DNA of 64,000 nt. Source: Heterodontus francisci. Its lineage: Eukaryota. The first letter of the stretch is position 1, and each line of letters opens with the position of its first letter. The notes beneath the pieces were generated by a model. That model searched no databases, was not told the DNA's origin, and saw only the letters and a program-made list of their open reading frames with translations. This document shows positions 12,301 through 25,465 of this stretch, one piece after another. The stretch covers positions 5,588,453 through 5,652,452 of the forward strand of contig NC_090383.1 in NCBI RefSeq assembly GCF_036365525.1, written 5' to 3'. The position numbers and the translations under genes are program-made.

Positions 12301-13062
12301 GTAGGGATTAAGTGCACTGTTTTCAAACTTTCCTCTGCTGCTCCCTCATCATCCTAACTTCCCAATACAGGGCTTGATTTTAACTCCTCCCACCTGGAAG
12401 AAACTGGGCCTGGCGGAGGGAGCTGCAGTTAAAATGAGACACGTCCTACCCCCTCTAATCTTGCTGCCTTCCTGTCGTGTCCCAATAGAATAGTCACAAG
12501 GAAGCCTGGCACCATTGCTTCCCCCCAGGTTACCCCTCCCCACAACATCCCCCATCCGAGTGCATCCAAACTCCCCCCACCAAACTTATCTGACTGATGG
12601 GACCGTTCCCACGGGTATACAGCTGTGACCTCCTACCATCCCGAATTCCCGCCTCCGCCTGCCAGGAAGGGCATGGATCCTTGCTGAATTCTGGACAGGT
12701 CAGCGAGAACATTTACGGAAACGAGATCTCTCCTGCCCAGCAGAAATAGGTCAGTTTTCAGCTTTACCAGGATGGCTTTGACATTAGCAGAGTAGCCCTC
12801 AGCCCATTCATTGTCCTGGCTCCAGGTGACACTATGAGTAAGGAGAGGGTGAAAGATATGAGTAATGATAAAAGAGATGGAAGCCGATTTACAAATATAA
12901 TGCTTGACTTCATAGAATCGCAGAATGATCTAGCACAAAAGGAGGCCATTCAGCCAATTGTATCTGTGCCATCTCTTTGGTAGAACTATCCAATTAGTCC
13001 CACGCCCCCTGTGCTTTTCCCCATAGCCCTGTAAATGTTTCTTCTTCAAAGGTTTATCCAAT

Positions 13063-13490
13063 AGTGTCAGCTGTGGCTCAGTGGATAATACTGTTGCCTC
13101 TGAGTCAAAAGTCTGGGTTCAAGTCCCACTCCAAGGTTTGAGCACAAAAATCAAGGCTGTTGCTCCAGTGCAGTACTGAGGGAATGCTGTACTGTCCTTT
13201 GGATGAGATGTTAAACTGAGGCCCCATCTGCTTGGCAGGGTGTAAAAGATCCCTTGGCACTATTTTGAAGAGCAGGGGGGCTATCTCTGGTGTCCTGGCT
13301 GATATATAATCCTCAATCAACATCAAAAAACAGATTATCTGCTCATTATCTGTTTGTGGGAGTTTGCTGTGTGCCGTACTGCCTGCCACGTTTCCTGCAT
13401 TACAACGGTGACCATACTTCATTGGCTGTAAAGTGCTTTGAGATGCCTGGCAGTCGTGAAAGGCACTATGTAAATACAAGTCTTTCTTTT
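13063..13490 (+). mobile_element. Deu-domain tRNA-SINE (SacSINE1-like) with L2-like tail, inserted into a CR1 tail
   Basis: A box TGGCTCAGTGG, B box GGTTCAAGTCC. Deu-like core ggatgagatgttaaactgaggcccc...aaagatcccttggcacta...tggtgtcctggc. Partial copies at about 31338-31675 and 39255-39510. Confidence 0.75.
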
Positions 13491-13772
13491 AATTCCCTTC
13501 TGAAAGTCGATGTTGTATCTGCTTCTACTGTCCTTTCAGGCAGCGCACTCCAGATCACAACTCACTGCATAATTTTTTTCCCTCATCTCTCGGCTGCTTC
13601 CTTTGCCAATTACATTAAGTCTGTGTCCTCTGGTTACCGACCCTTCTACCACCGGAAATAGTTTCTCCTTATTTACTCTATCAATATCCTTCATGATGTG
13701 TCACTGCGTTAAGACGCCCGCACTTTTCATTGGAATTTATTTACTAATTTTTCTGTGCTCCTCCCTCCTCAG

Positions 13773-13848
13773 GATGATCAAGATCAGCCTCTTGGTTCCA
13801 TTCATCTGCGGAGCTGTGTGGTGACTGCTACGGATGATATCACAGATG
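13773..13848 (+). CDS. PLEK: Pleckstrin exon 8 (C-terminal PH domain)
   Basis: ctcctcag|GAT GAT...GAT G|gtaagt. Encodes DDQDQPLGSIHLRSCVVTATDDITD(G). 76 bp. Confidence 0.93.
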
Positions 13849-14039
13849 GTAAGTGTCCCTCCTGATCTGACCTAGGAGACTGTTACACCAGGTTATAAAC
13901 TCATCAAGAAAAATGCCTTTCAAAAGAGCAATTTCATCTCAGGCCTCAACGCCTCAAATTTAAAATTCACATCTTTGTTTCCAAATTCTTCCATGCACCA
14001 ACCCCCCAACCCCCCACAACCAAAACTCATTTTCACAGC

Positions 14040-14280
14040 CACTTCTCCTTCCTCTGTGCTATTCTGTGACCTTCTCCTTTGTTATCTCTTGCCCCACCCC
14101 CACTTTACTTGCTTATAACCTTTTACATTTCTAATATTTGCCAGTTCTGAAGAAGGGTCGCTGACCTGAAACGTTAACTCTGCTTCTCTCTCCACAGATG
14201 CTGCCAGACCTGCTGAGTATTTCCAGCATTTCTTGTTTTTATTTCAGATTTCCAGCATACACAGAATTTTGCTCTTATTC
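14040..14280 (+). mobile_element. Penelope-like 3' terminal fragment in PLEK intron 8
   Basis: Homologous to 25485-25720 (reverse), 19505-19595 and 60375-60495. Confidence 0.8.
14143..14179 (+). ncRNA. Minimal type I hammerhead ribozyme motif (Penelope-derived)
   Basis: AGTT-CTGAAGA-AGGGTC(gct)GACCT-GAA-ACGT-T-AACT: complete core, stem I, stem II, palindromic helix III. Confidence 0.65.
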
Positions 14281-14445
14281 CATTTATCCCTACTCTTTCT
14301 TTCCTTTCCGCCAACCAATTTTCTATCCATCGCAATACACTACCTCAAATCCCATGCGCTTTAATTTTACAAGTTCTTATTAATTTTTAAAAAAAATATT
14401 GATTATTGACCGCCAAATACCTCACACAAATAATTTTCTTTACAG

Positions 14446-14585
14446 GAAGGAAGTCTGAAGTTAAGGGAAATCTCTTTGAAATCATTACAGCGGATGAAGT
14501 GCACTATCTGATACAGGCCGCTACGCGAGAAGAACTCACTGAGTGGATTAAAATAATTAAAAGTGTAGCAAGTACTGGAAAATAA
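14446..14585 (+). CDS. PLEK: Pleckstrin last coding exon (9) with stop codon
   Basis: ttctttacag|GA AGG...GGA AAA TAA. Encodes RKSEVKGNLFEIITADEVHYLIQAATREELTEWIKIIKSVASTGK*. Confidence 0.96.
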
Positions 14586-14858
14586 GGGCAGAGGTAAACA
14601 AATACTACATGGTTAATTTTCCAGAGCTATTTAAAGCGTACAACAGTAAGTTGCACTCAAAACTAATCTTAAGTCCTTTATCGCTAGGATCAGCAATATG
14701 AATAATGAATGTACACTGCACCGTGACTAAAATAGTGAAAATAGAGTTTCAGTAATTCATGAATATTTCTGTTCCCAAAGAGTCTGCTGTATTTCACTTC
14801 CCTTTTTTATTGTATGCTTTATTCATTTTTGTTCTAAAACCTTCTTCGATATATTTGT

Positions 14859-15079
14859 AATAAATGTCAACAGCATATTTATACTTAATATTGCCGAATG
14901 TCAATATGCCAGAAATACATTTTTGCTTTGGTTGAAAAGTAATGTGCCTGATACTAATCAGTTGTCACTCTTTTCTTGAGATGTTAGCAAGTTTTTTTTA
15001 TTGTAAAATCCATCAGAGATGGCTAGATTAGCATTTGATGAAAGAAAAATGGCGGCACACTGGAAAGTTCATTAATAAA
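14859..15079 (+). terminator. Candidate PLEK polyadenylation signals
   Basis: AATAAA at 14859-14864 and 15074-15079 in AT-rich unique sequence after the stop; repeats resume at about 15200. Confidence 0.55.
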
Positions 15080-15320
15080 CTATTATACTGGGGAAGCTTT
15101 TTCTAAGTTTATTCATAAACATGTCATTTCATTTACTCCAATTTAAGTATTTTCTCTCTTCTCTCGTTCACAATCTTAAAGGGATCTCATGTTTATTTTG
15201 CTACAACAACAACTTCCATTTCTATAACACCTTTAACGTAGTGAAACGTCCCAAGGTGCTTCACAGGAGCATTATCAAACAAAGTTTGACTTTAGTCTGG
15301 TGACTGGCCCAATGAAACAT

Positions 15321-16670
15321 TTCTTCCACGAGATTGCTTCTATTTCTTTTGTAAAATATGTTAAGGACTTGTACTTGAATTATGGAGATTGATTCATCTA
15401 GAATCTTGAAGAGATTGATGAACTTAGTGGGTTTTTAAAAAAAGAAGTCACCAGAAGGTTACTGGATTTGGCTTGTAAACAAGTCTTACTGGAAGGCACC
15501 TGTCTGTGGATAATCACCCAGCAGGGGTTGTTTTTAACTTGGGGAGATGTTTACAAAGAAGTGACAGTTCAATATTTATAGATGTCAAGAGGCTTGACTT
15601 CTGGAATGTTTGTAGTTTCAGTTTGAGCTGTTATAACAGACAGTTGTTTTTTGTCTGCCAGAAGAAGAACCAGCTCAATTCTCTCTTTCTTGAAAAACAA
15701 GTCCTGTATCCAGTGTGTCAGATTCCTATTTCCTTCTGTATTTATTTAATTTATTTTTTTTATTTAAAGATACAGCACTGAAACAGGCCCTTTGGCCCAC
15801 CGAGTCTGTGCTGACCAACAACCACCCATTTATACTAATCCTACATTAATCCCATATTCTCTACCACATCCCCACCATTCTCCTACCACCTACCTACACT
15901 AGGGGCAATTTACAACAGCCAATTTACCTATCAACCTGCAAGTCTTTGGCTGTGGGAGGAAACCAGAGCACCCGGCGGAAACCCACGCAGACACAGGGAG
16001 AACTTGCAAACTCCGCACAGGCAGTACCCGGAACTGAACCTGGATCGCTGGAGCTGTGAGGCTGCAGTGCTGACCACTGCGCCACTGTGCCACCCATTTG
16101 GAGAAATCCTAAGAATCTAATGTGTGGGAACTGAAACCTTGCTGCTGCATTTCTGCTGTAAGACCTATTTGAGGTATCCATAGCTGATTTCTTGGAAAGC
16201 CTACCCAAACTGATCTTCAACATCACCTGGAAAGAGCTGTTCTAGGAAGATCCTAGTGACAGCTTTCTATATGCACTTGGGACACCAAACCAAAACCCAG
16301 GACAAATATTCAGCCTAAGTGTTTTTTTCTGTTATTTTTTATAAGCGCTTTAACAAAAATCCATTTCATCTTCCCGGTTAACTGGTGTGTATGTATGCAT
16401 GTGTATGTGAGGGGCTAAGATAAACAAGGGGCTTTAATATTTCAATTTTGTGTGTGTATGTTTTATTTCATTATTGGTTAAGACTTGGTTTATAATAAAC
16501 TGATAATTTTGTTGGTTATTAAAGAAACCTGGTTGGTGTGTTTTATTCTGGGGAAAAATAGAGTATATGAATGACCTTATCACTAAGTGGGAACATTTAA
16601 ATCTATGTTGTGACCTGTGGAGAAGTGGGACTAGAATAAACAGTGCACTCCTCCCACTTCGGTTGTAACA
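15321..16670 (+). mobile_element. Probable solo LTR interrupted by a V-SINE
   Basis: Ends ...ggttgtaaca followed by acat, and acat also lies at 15317-15320. Internal AATAAA at about 16494 and 16635. Left terminus degenerate. Confidence 0.5.
15742..16094 (-). mobile_element. V-SINE copy
   Basis: Closely similar to 11385-11752. Confidence 0.9.
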
Positions 16671-19164
16671 ACATGAACAATCTTTCTTTCTTCATGTTGA
16701 CTACGTTTGCTAGGTTTCTTCACAATACCTCATTTCCATTTATTTTATTTCAAACTACCCATCCCCAATCATTGCTACAGAGAGTTACATAGATTTTACA
16801 GCATTGAAACAGGCCATTTGGCCCAACTGGTCCATGCCAGTATTTAAGCTCCACATGAGCCTCCTGCCACCCCTTTTCATCTAGCCCTAATAGCATATCC
16901 TTCTATTCCTTTCTCCCTGACATGCTTGTCTAGCTTCTTACATTCCTGCTTTCTCTAGACACCAGGAAAAGTGTGATGAGCCGGGTCACGGTTTTCTTCG
17001 ACAGAGTTACAACTATCTTTAATGACTTGTGTAGGGTACAGTAGGAGCAATTCAGGGAGTCAGAGTAGGATAGGAGGAGACATAACCTTGTTAACAATAT
17101 ATTTTTGGGGTGTGGTGGGGGGGAGGCAGTGGGAGAGAATTATGTCCCACTCATAGCCCTCCTTCCCCATAGTAATCATGTCTAAGATCCCCAGAAATTG
17201 CATGCCATATCAGCTTTATGATGTCAAACAGGATTCCTGGATTGTGGCTCCTCTCATCTTGGAGCGTAATATCACCGTGAGTGAGTATTAGCTAACAGCC
17301 CAGCCAAAATCCAGAAAGGAATAGAAAGGGATAACTGAGTGTGAATGAGTGCTGAGACTGTCTATTATACATTCCAGTACTGTTCTAGTGCTAGATGTTC
17401 TTCCACATCTATGCTCGCTACCGGTCCATTTAATTACATAGATGAGAGATTTGTGTCTAACCCCTCAGCTGTTTATCTAGTTTCCTTTGAGCAGAAAAAC
17501 CTAGTTTTTGCCTTTGTTTTCACAGTTGTCTGAATTTTGTTCCCAAAAACAAATGCCCTGAAATCCCAATGCTCTAAATAGGGGTTTGTGTAATATCTGG
17601 ATACCAAGTCGGGCCATCTTTGCTTGTATTTCTGTGTTTAGATAAAAGGTGTTGATTCTTATTTATTGTAAAGTTTGTGTGTATACCAATGCACCCTCCG
17701 TAAACTTCAACTCATCCAAAGCTTTGTTGCCCATTTGTTAACTCGCGCCAAATCTCGTTCACTCATCACCGCTGTGCTCACTGCCCTACATTGGCTCCTG
17801 GTCTGCAACACCTTGATTTTAAAATTCTCATCCTTGTTTTCAAAATCCTCCATGGCCTCACCCCCTCCCTATCTCTGTCACCTCCTCCAGCCCTACAACC
17901 CTCCGACATCTCTGTGCGTTTCAAATTTTGGCCTCTTGAGCATTCCTGATTTTCATCGCTCCACCATCGGCAGCCGTGCCTTCAGCTACCAAGGTACCAA
18001 GCTCTGGAATTTCCTCTCTACCTCTGTCTCCTCCTTTAAGAGGCTCCTTAAAACATACTTCTTTGTGTCCTCGTATCTTTATATGTGGCTGTGTCAAATT
18101 TTGTTTCCTGTGAAGCACCTTGGGACATTACGTTGAATGCGCTATATAAATAGAAGTTATTGTTTTTGCCGAGTAATCTTGTTACCTGACCAAGAAGATA
18201 ATGAAGGCTTTAACATGGCAGGGAATATAGACTGGAATTTAAACAATCCCTCACCTCACTAATAGAGTCCTATTTTCTCCTGCTGCATCTGCCAAACAAG
18301 CTCTCAAATGACCCTTTTTGCCTCAACTAATCCTCAGTAATTTTAACTCTGTGGTTGATTTTGTCTATGGGTGGACATTGGGCGGGCAGCGGCTTAGAGC
18401 ATTTTTTGCCAATATCCTCTGTAATAGGCCTGATCCATTTTGATGTCATGGCCCTCATTTGCATCATGCTGGTGAGCTGCATGGATGAGCCATCAGTGGG
18501 TGTGAAGACCTTTGGGGTTCCAGGAGAAGCACTCTTGTTCCTCCTGTCCTCACCAAAACAGATGCACAAGACTATTACCTGTTTCCCAGAACAGTCTGCA
18601 GTGGCTCTTTAGGAACTACTATACAGGCAACTCAATGCCTAGTACCATTGAGCAGAGTGCGACATTTTGACATTTTCGCGAAATAAGCAACTATAACATG
18701 AACACAGGCATCGTCAGCAAGCATTAGTTGAATCTCCTGACATTTGTAAACAGCTCAGTTTCTGTCTCACTACTTCTATTGTCATAACTGCTCAATTGAT
18801 TTACCATAATGTTACTTGGTGCCAATCATGCAATGTTCTTTCTTTCAACAGTTCAGCTGCAGTTTGGCAGATGCTCAGCTTCAGCACCACACCCAGTGAT
18901 TGCTTCTGCAAGTTCGCCCACACTCAAATGTCTTTCTGCTTTCTGGATCATTTTGTTTTTTTAACCTCTCAATAACCCGTACTGTGCCCTACATCCCTGC
19001 ACACTACACAATTAGATCGAACTATAAACTTACCACAATTAATCAAATGCTCACTGCAGAGAAGGGTGACAAAAAAATCATTCAATCCATTCAAGCCCAT
19101 CCCTTTACTACTTTAAATCTGGAAAAAAATAGACAGGAATAAGACAAAATTATTTATAATTAAA

Positions 19165-19485
19165 TCCTGAGGGGTCTAGACAGAGGCTGTTCCCATTGGC
19201 TGAAGGATCAAGAATTAGAGGACACAAATTTAAGATGATCGGCAAAAGAACTAAAGACAACATGAGGAAAAACAATTTTACACAGCGAGTGTTTAGGATC
19301 TGGAATGCACTGCCTGAGAGTGTGGTGGAGTCAGATTCAATCATGGCTTTTGAAAGAGAAGTGGATAATTTCAGGGCCATGGGGAAAGGGCAGGGAATGT
19401 GACTAACTAAATTGTTCTTGCAGAGAGCCAGCACTGGCTTAACAGGCCGAATGGCCTCCTTCTTTGCTGTAACCATTCTATGTAA
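19165..19485 (+). mobile_element. CR1 3' fragment
   Basis: RGHKFK...FTQRVFRIWNALP; CR1 tail. Confidence 0.75.
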
Positions 19486-21664
19486 TGGAGGCCCATCTTG
19501 CCCTTTCATTCTGATGCAAGGTCATCGACCTGAAACGTTAACTCTGTTTCTCTCTCCGCAGATGCTGCAAGACCAGCTGAGTATTTCTTCTTTTATTGGC
19601 TCCCATTAGTACAACAACTTATATTTATATAGCACCTTTAGCATAATAAAATGTCCCAAGATGCTTCACAGAAGCATTATAAAACCAAGTATGATACTGA
19701 GCTACAAAAGGAAATATTAGGTCAGATGACTAAAAGCTTGATCAAAGAGGTAGGTTTTAAGGAGTGTCTTAAAGGAGGAAAGTGAGGTGGAGAGGCAGAG
19801 AGGTGTAGGGAGGGAATTCCAGAGCTTGGGGCCCGAGCAGCTGAAGGCATAGCCGCCAATGGTGGAACGATTAATATCGGGGATGCACAAAGGCCAGAAT
19901 TGGAGGAGCGCAGTTATCCACGAGGGTTTTGGTTTATTATACATTAGTTATATTATCTCTATTTACTCTATAAGTTTATTATACTGTACTACACAGTCAC
20001 TTTAAAAGTCACAATTTCTCCCACCTTGTTCGAAAGGGATTATATTGTGCTGGGTGTGGTTCCACTGCAGCTGGTTGCCCTCTGGCATCTTTCTCAAGTT
20101 GTTTTTTGGTTTATCTGTGAGCAGACAAATTAAGTACAGAGAGTTACCATTGCTGCCTTTGCCCCTGTTCTAATTCAGTCTTTTCCTTTCCCTCTCTTCA
20201 CCCAAGTAGCAGAAGGTACAGATAGCGGCCAGGAGGGAGAACACAGGCTGATTCTGTTTTTCACCTCCCCAGCATGAGGTCACTAAAGCCAGTTACAGAG
20301 CCTCTGCTATTGACCTGGCTGAGATAAGCAAACTTGGCATAGAGTGCGACTTTAACCTGAAACCTTTCTACAGTGCATTCTTCCACTCAACCATTGAAAG
20401 TTCTCTTCTTTCATTCATTTAATAGACAACAGAAACAACTTGCATTTGTACAGTGCTTTTAACGTAGTCCCAAAGTCATTCACAGGAATGTTATCAATTT
20501 CAACCTTGAGCCACATAATGAGATACTAGGCCAGGTGACCAGTAGCTTGGTCAAAGAGGTAAGTTTTAAAGACCATCTTCAAGGAGGAGAGGGAGGTGGA
20601 GGCAGAGAGGTTTAGGGAGAGAAATTCAGAGCTTAGGGCCTCGGCAGCTGAAGGCACAGCCACCAATTGTGGGGTGATGAAAATCGAGGATGCTCCAATG
20701 ATCAGAATTAGTGGAGTGCAGAGATCTCAGAGGTTTGTAGGGCTGGAGGAGATTACGGAGATAGGAAAGGGGTAAGGCCATGGAGGGATTTGAAAACGTG
20801 GGTAAGGATTTTAACATCAAGGAGTTGCCGGAACAGGAACCAATGTAGGTTAACAAGCACCAAAGTTAGTTTTATTCTAAAGGTGGCAAGTTCACTGCTG
20901 TAATACCAATGACTGAACTCAACTGCAATGGGTAGAGACTTATGGATTGATTTAACTAGGCAGCACATATCTTGGCTTAATGAGATTCATGACAAGGCTG
21001 GGTAGTTGGGTGTATTCCTAAGGTTTCATCTCATGACCTGCTGCCTCCAATCACCCTGCCCCCTACCCTCCTGTCATTGGTCACCTGGCACACCCAGCCT
21101 CAAGGTGCCCCTGCTTCCCACAGCCAATAGGAAAGTGATAGACTGTTAATTCTCTGATTGGATGATTCTTCACTGTCAGTCAAACACCTTTTATTCCCAC
21201 GCCTGATAATTTTGTAGCTAATAGACAAAAGTGTTCAAAGAACAGTTTTTTGTTGCCCCTCTGATGTTTCTCCTGGGTATTGTTCGTAGCAGTGTCCAGG
21301 AGATTAATTTTCAATTCCCAGAGACTCCAGGATGCAGGTGTGAAAATGAAATATCACATATAATGTGCCACTGATTATATTTGGGAGAAGGGAGAATCTG
21401 TCCATGAACTAACCATGAAACACCAAAAATGATACACAGTCACAATATTGCTAATTCAGAACTGAATGATGGGATGTTGGATTCCAGAAGGCGCTGATCT
21501 ACTGGGGATGAAATTGGTCTTTGTCAGCAACACCAAACAAGTTCATAGCAAATCAGCAGCTGATGTTTTTACTGCATCCAATCCTCTTAGCACTGATGTT
21601 CACAGAATAATAGTTCAAACTCTTTTTGGAGACTCAGCTCCTAGTTTCAATGTTGCTTTTACCT

Positions 21665-22015
21665 GTCATAGTCATAGAGAGATACAGCACTGAAACAGGC
21701 CCTTCGGCCCACCGAGTCTGTGCTGACCATCAACCACCCATTTATACTAATCCTACATTAATCCCATGTTCCCTGCCACATCCCCTCCTACATTAATCCC
21801 ATATTCCCTACCATTCTGCTACCACCTACCTACACTAGGGACAATTTACAATGGCCAATTTACTTATCAACCTGCAAGTCTTTGGCGGTGGGAGGAAACC
21901 GGAGCACTCAGTAGAAACCCGTGCAGCCACTTGCAAACTCCGCGCAGGCAGTACCCAGAACCGAACCCAGGTCACTGGAGCTGTGAGGCTGTGGTGCTAA
22001 CCACTGTGCCGTCCC
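21665..22015 (-). mobile_element. V-SINE copy
   Basis: Same family, with small internal duplication and deletion. Confidence 0.88.
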
Positions 22016-23238
22016 CTGGTTTGAAATCAAAAATCGCGGCAATATTTTCCATATGAATGGAAAATAAAAATGACGCAGTGAAAAATTAGCCGCCAATTTG
22101 CTGCTGCCGTAGACCAGTTTCACCCTCTTTGTGTCTGTGTATCTGAGCATTACAGTACATCCTCCTTAAGAGTTGCCAAAACCCACCCAAGAAACTACAT
22201 ATCTTAGCTCTGGGTCCAGCTTATTGTATTTAGTTCTTAATGACGTGCGCTGTGGGAAAATCTTTTAGCAACATTTGGCCGGTCACCATGTGCAGGAGCT
22301 CTGATCTCCCAGGACTTCGGTTGGCTTTGCATGATACAAAACCTTCCAAAAAACACTTCTTCTGTGCTTTGACAAGAATGACACTGCGTAATTCTAATAA
22401 CATATGATTTCTCTTTATGCCAGTGAATTTCACATTTAAAAATAGCATGTTGACTAACTGGCTGCTGATAACACGTTTTGAAACTCTTCAACAAAATTGT
22501 TGCTATTTTTTAAAAATGTGACATATGCAGGCCTTTTTTTACCTCAAAGCTGAAGCCATTCTGTATTGATGCAAACTGCCTAGAATAACTAAAGAAGCCC
22601 ATAGCATGTCCACACAGGAGAGTGGAGATTGTTATGCTTTGCTTTGTGACAGTGCAACACTGTATTGGGAGTACGCAGATAGTGTACATAGAATTACACA
22701 GAATTTAGCGCACAAAAACAGGCCATTCAGCCCAACAGGCCCATGCTGGTGTTTATGCTTCACATGAACCTCCTCCTATCTTTGATGCTCCTGAAGCTCC
22801 TGCCGTTGGCAGCTTAAAGAGTGTTTTTAAAAAAATCCTTGTGAGAACGCTTTCCTGGCATCCATACTTTGTGGGTTAATGCTTTACATCCAACATCTCC
22901 ATTTCTATATTGTGGAGTTGGTGGAAGATTTCTTTTTGTTCCTTTGGCGATGAGGAATGATGGTGTCAGAAGTCCATAGTATCCATTTAACTGACTCTCT
23001 AGGAGGTTGTCCTGTGAAAAAAACACAGTTAATGGTGGTCCAATGAGATTTTCCTCTGTTATATTTCCTGATACTGCTTCCACTGTTTCTGACAGAAGGC
23101 TGGGCTGCCCATTTAAAATTATGCCACCTTAGGAACAGGGCAGTAGCCACTGTGCTGTAATCTTCATTGCTTTACCACCCTGTTCCTGCCCAGCCATGAA
23201 GACAAAATTCAGCTCCTCAAAACAGATTCTATTCATTG

Positions 23239-24200
23239 TGTTACAGTTAAGTGAGGAGGGGTCGAAGGGCTTCTCTCTTTTTCTCTCCCTGTTTGACCAC
23301 AACTGGTTTAATTTTTTCTTAAACTGGATGTACTGGCCAATTCAGTAGGTGTTTGATTACTTATTTGCTATGATCATAACAAGAATCAGTCAGATAGGTT
23401 TTCTTGAGTTTAACAAAGAAAGAGGTTAACTTTATTGTACCTAAACCGAACTAATGAAATAATAAACAATGCACCAACTTTCACTCTCACACACACTCTG
23501 GAGGTTTACAGACACCACAAATAGGTTGCAGAGTGGGAAAGGGTAGATTGGTTGAGTTAGAGTCCATAAAAAAGGTATACAGTCTGTGAAGATTGGTGAT
23601 TCGGCTGGCTTCTAGCTGAATTCAGTGGTCCTGAGGCTTTTAGTTTGAAGAGGTAGATGACTGGATCAGTGAATCTCTTGGAGATAGTGATGTGGATGAT
23701 TTCCTCAATGGCGTTTCTGATTGTAACCGGAGTACGCAAAGGTGGTCAGACAACAAGCAGGATTTGAAAGGTTTCAAGCTGGATTGGAGACAGTGAGAGA
23801 GAGAGACCCACACTTAGGCTCTGCTCATGTCAGAGTCTAGTTGCTTCTCCTCTGCTGCAGAGAAAAACCCCAACTTAAAACCACAGATGGGGAGGAGCTT
23901 GTCACATGATAGTCACTCAGTCATTCAAACAAAGCAGTTAGCAGTATTTCTCTGCTTGCTGAGAGAACAGGTTGTTCCTTTAAACTTTCTGGGTCTTGGT
24001 TCTTGCTGGGGACTTATCAGACATTTCATCTCTCTCCTCACAAGCATTGCAGTATAGGATACAGTGTTGTAAATTAGGTGATCAACTTAAGCTGAAAGGA
24101 TGACTTTGCTGGCAGTTTGTCTTTTAAAAAAATATTAATTTAGATCTCCAGCCAGTGGACCAAAGAAAATTATCATTCAACAAAACACATTGGTGTAACA
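23239..24200 (-). mobile_element. Solo LTR (Gypsy-like, 4-bp TSD)
   Basis: ATTG|TGTTAC ... GTAACA|ATTG; 962 bp, no internal coding. tttatt signal suggests minus orientation. Confidence 0.85.
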
Positions 24201-25064
24201 ATTGTAATTGTCAGATGCAAAGTTGAGTAAATGCTATTATATTAACAATCCGACTGATTTCAACAAGGGAAAGCAGGAAATTGTGAAACATATGTGAGAA
24301 AACAGGAATTTTTCTAAATAGAATTTTTCTCAAAACTGATGACATGTATGTTACTTCAGGAAAAGAGAAGCAGCAGATGGTGAAAGACAAGAAATATTGG
24401 CAAGAAATTGATGTGGAATAAGTGTGCGGTTAGAGTGACAATCTCTTGGAGAATTTTAGTACATATACTTTCACAAAGCTTAACCTAATTTATTGAGTGA
24501 TAACTTTCAGAATCCTGCAATTAGCATAGCAAGTTTTGCTTGCAGAAGTGAAATCTTCGTCGAGTTGCTGTGGTTGCATTTGCCATTCCTGTGGATCAGT
24601 GCTTGTAGACAGAGAGTAATTACGTTGATTATATCTGATGTTTCATGGGTACTGAACTGCCACAAATACCTCAGCAAAGGCACATTTGTTGAAATCACAG
24701 GAGGTGTTTGTTCAGGTTGAATGAAGGCTTCCTGAGGACCAGACCCAGGAAACAATGTCCTGTAGGCTAGCTCAACCTTGGCCAGTATTCACCAACAGTA
24801 TAACCCCCTCAGTAATTCCTCTTACAAAGTGGCATTTTATTTTTGGGATGTGATCAATACTGACAAGGCCATATTTGCTGCCCCTTGGTTGTTCTGATTG
24901 AGAGGCTTGTTGGGAAATTTCAGAGGGCATTAAGAGCTAACCATGTAGTGTGGGATCAGAGTCATCTGTAGGCTAGACCGGGTATGGGGTGGAATATTCC
25001 CTTCCCTGAAAGGATATTAGTGAACCAATTGAGTTTTCATGACAGGGGTTGGAAGGCAAGGTAA

Positions 25065-25465
25065 AGGATATCACGAAACAACGCGAAAAACTTGCAACAG
25101 GAGGGAGAAGATCCAGTTGTTGTGGTTCATGTCAGGACCAATGGCATAGGAAAATTAAGGGGAGGAGGTCCTGCTCAGAGACTATCTGGAGCGAGGAACT
25201 AAATTAAAAAGCAGGACCCCCACGACCGGTAATCTCGGGGTTATTATCCGAGCCGTGTGCTAATTTGGCATAGGGATAGACAGATCAAAAAGGTGAAAGT
25301 GTCGCTGAAAAAGTGGCGTGGGAAGGAGGGGTTCCATTTCATAGGATACTGACACCAGTACAGGGACAGGTAAGAGCTATACTGCTGCGATGGGTTGCAC
25401 CTAAACAGAATGGAACCAGTGTCCCAGCCAAAAGGATAAAGAGGGCTGTAGATAAGACTTTAAAT
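25065..25465 (+). mobile_element. Isolated CR1 ORF1 (SGNH esterase) relic
   Basis: Frameshifted EDPVVVVHVRTNG (GxND block), VISGLL, W..KEGFHFI, DGLHLN. Parallels the ORF1 tail at 38018-38180. Confidence 0.7.

Noticed and set aside
724-14585. PLEK2 assignment
   Set aside because: The FARKSTRxS PKC segment, the TGK C-terminus and FBXO48/APLF synteny indicate PLEK.
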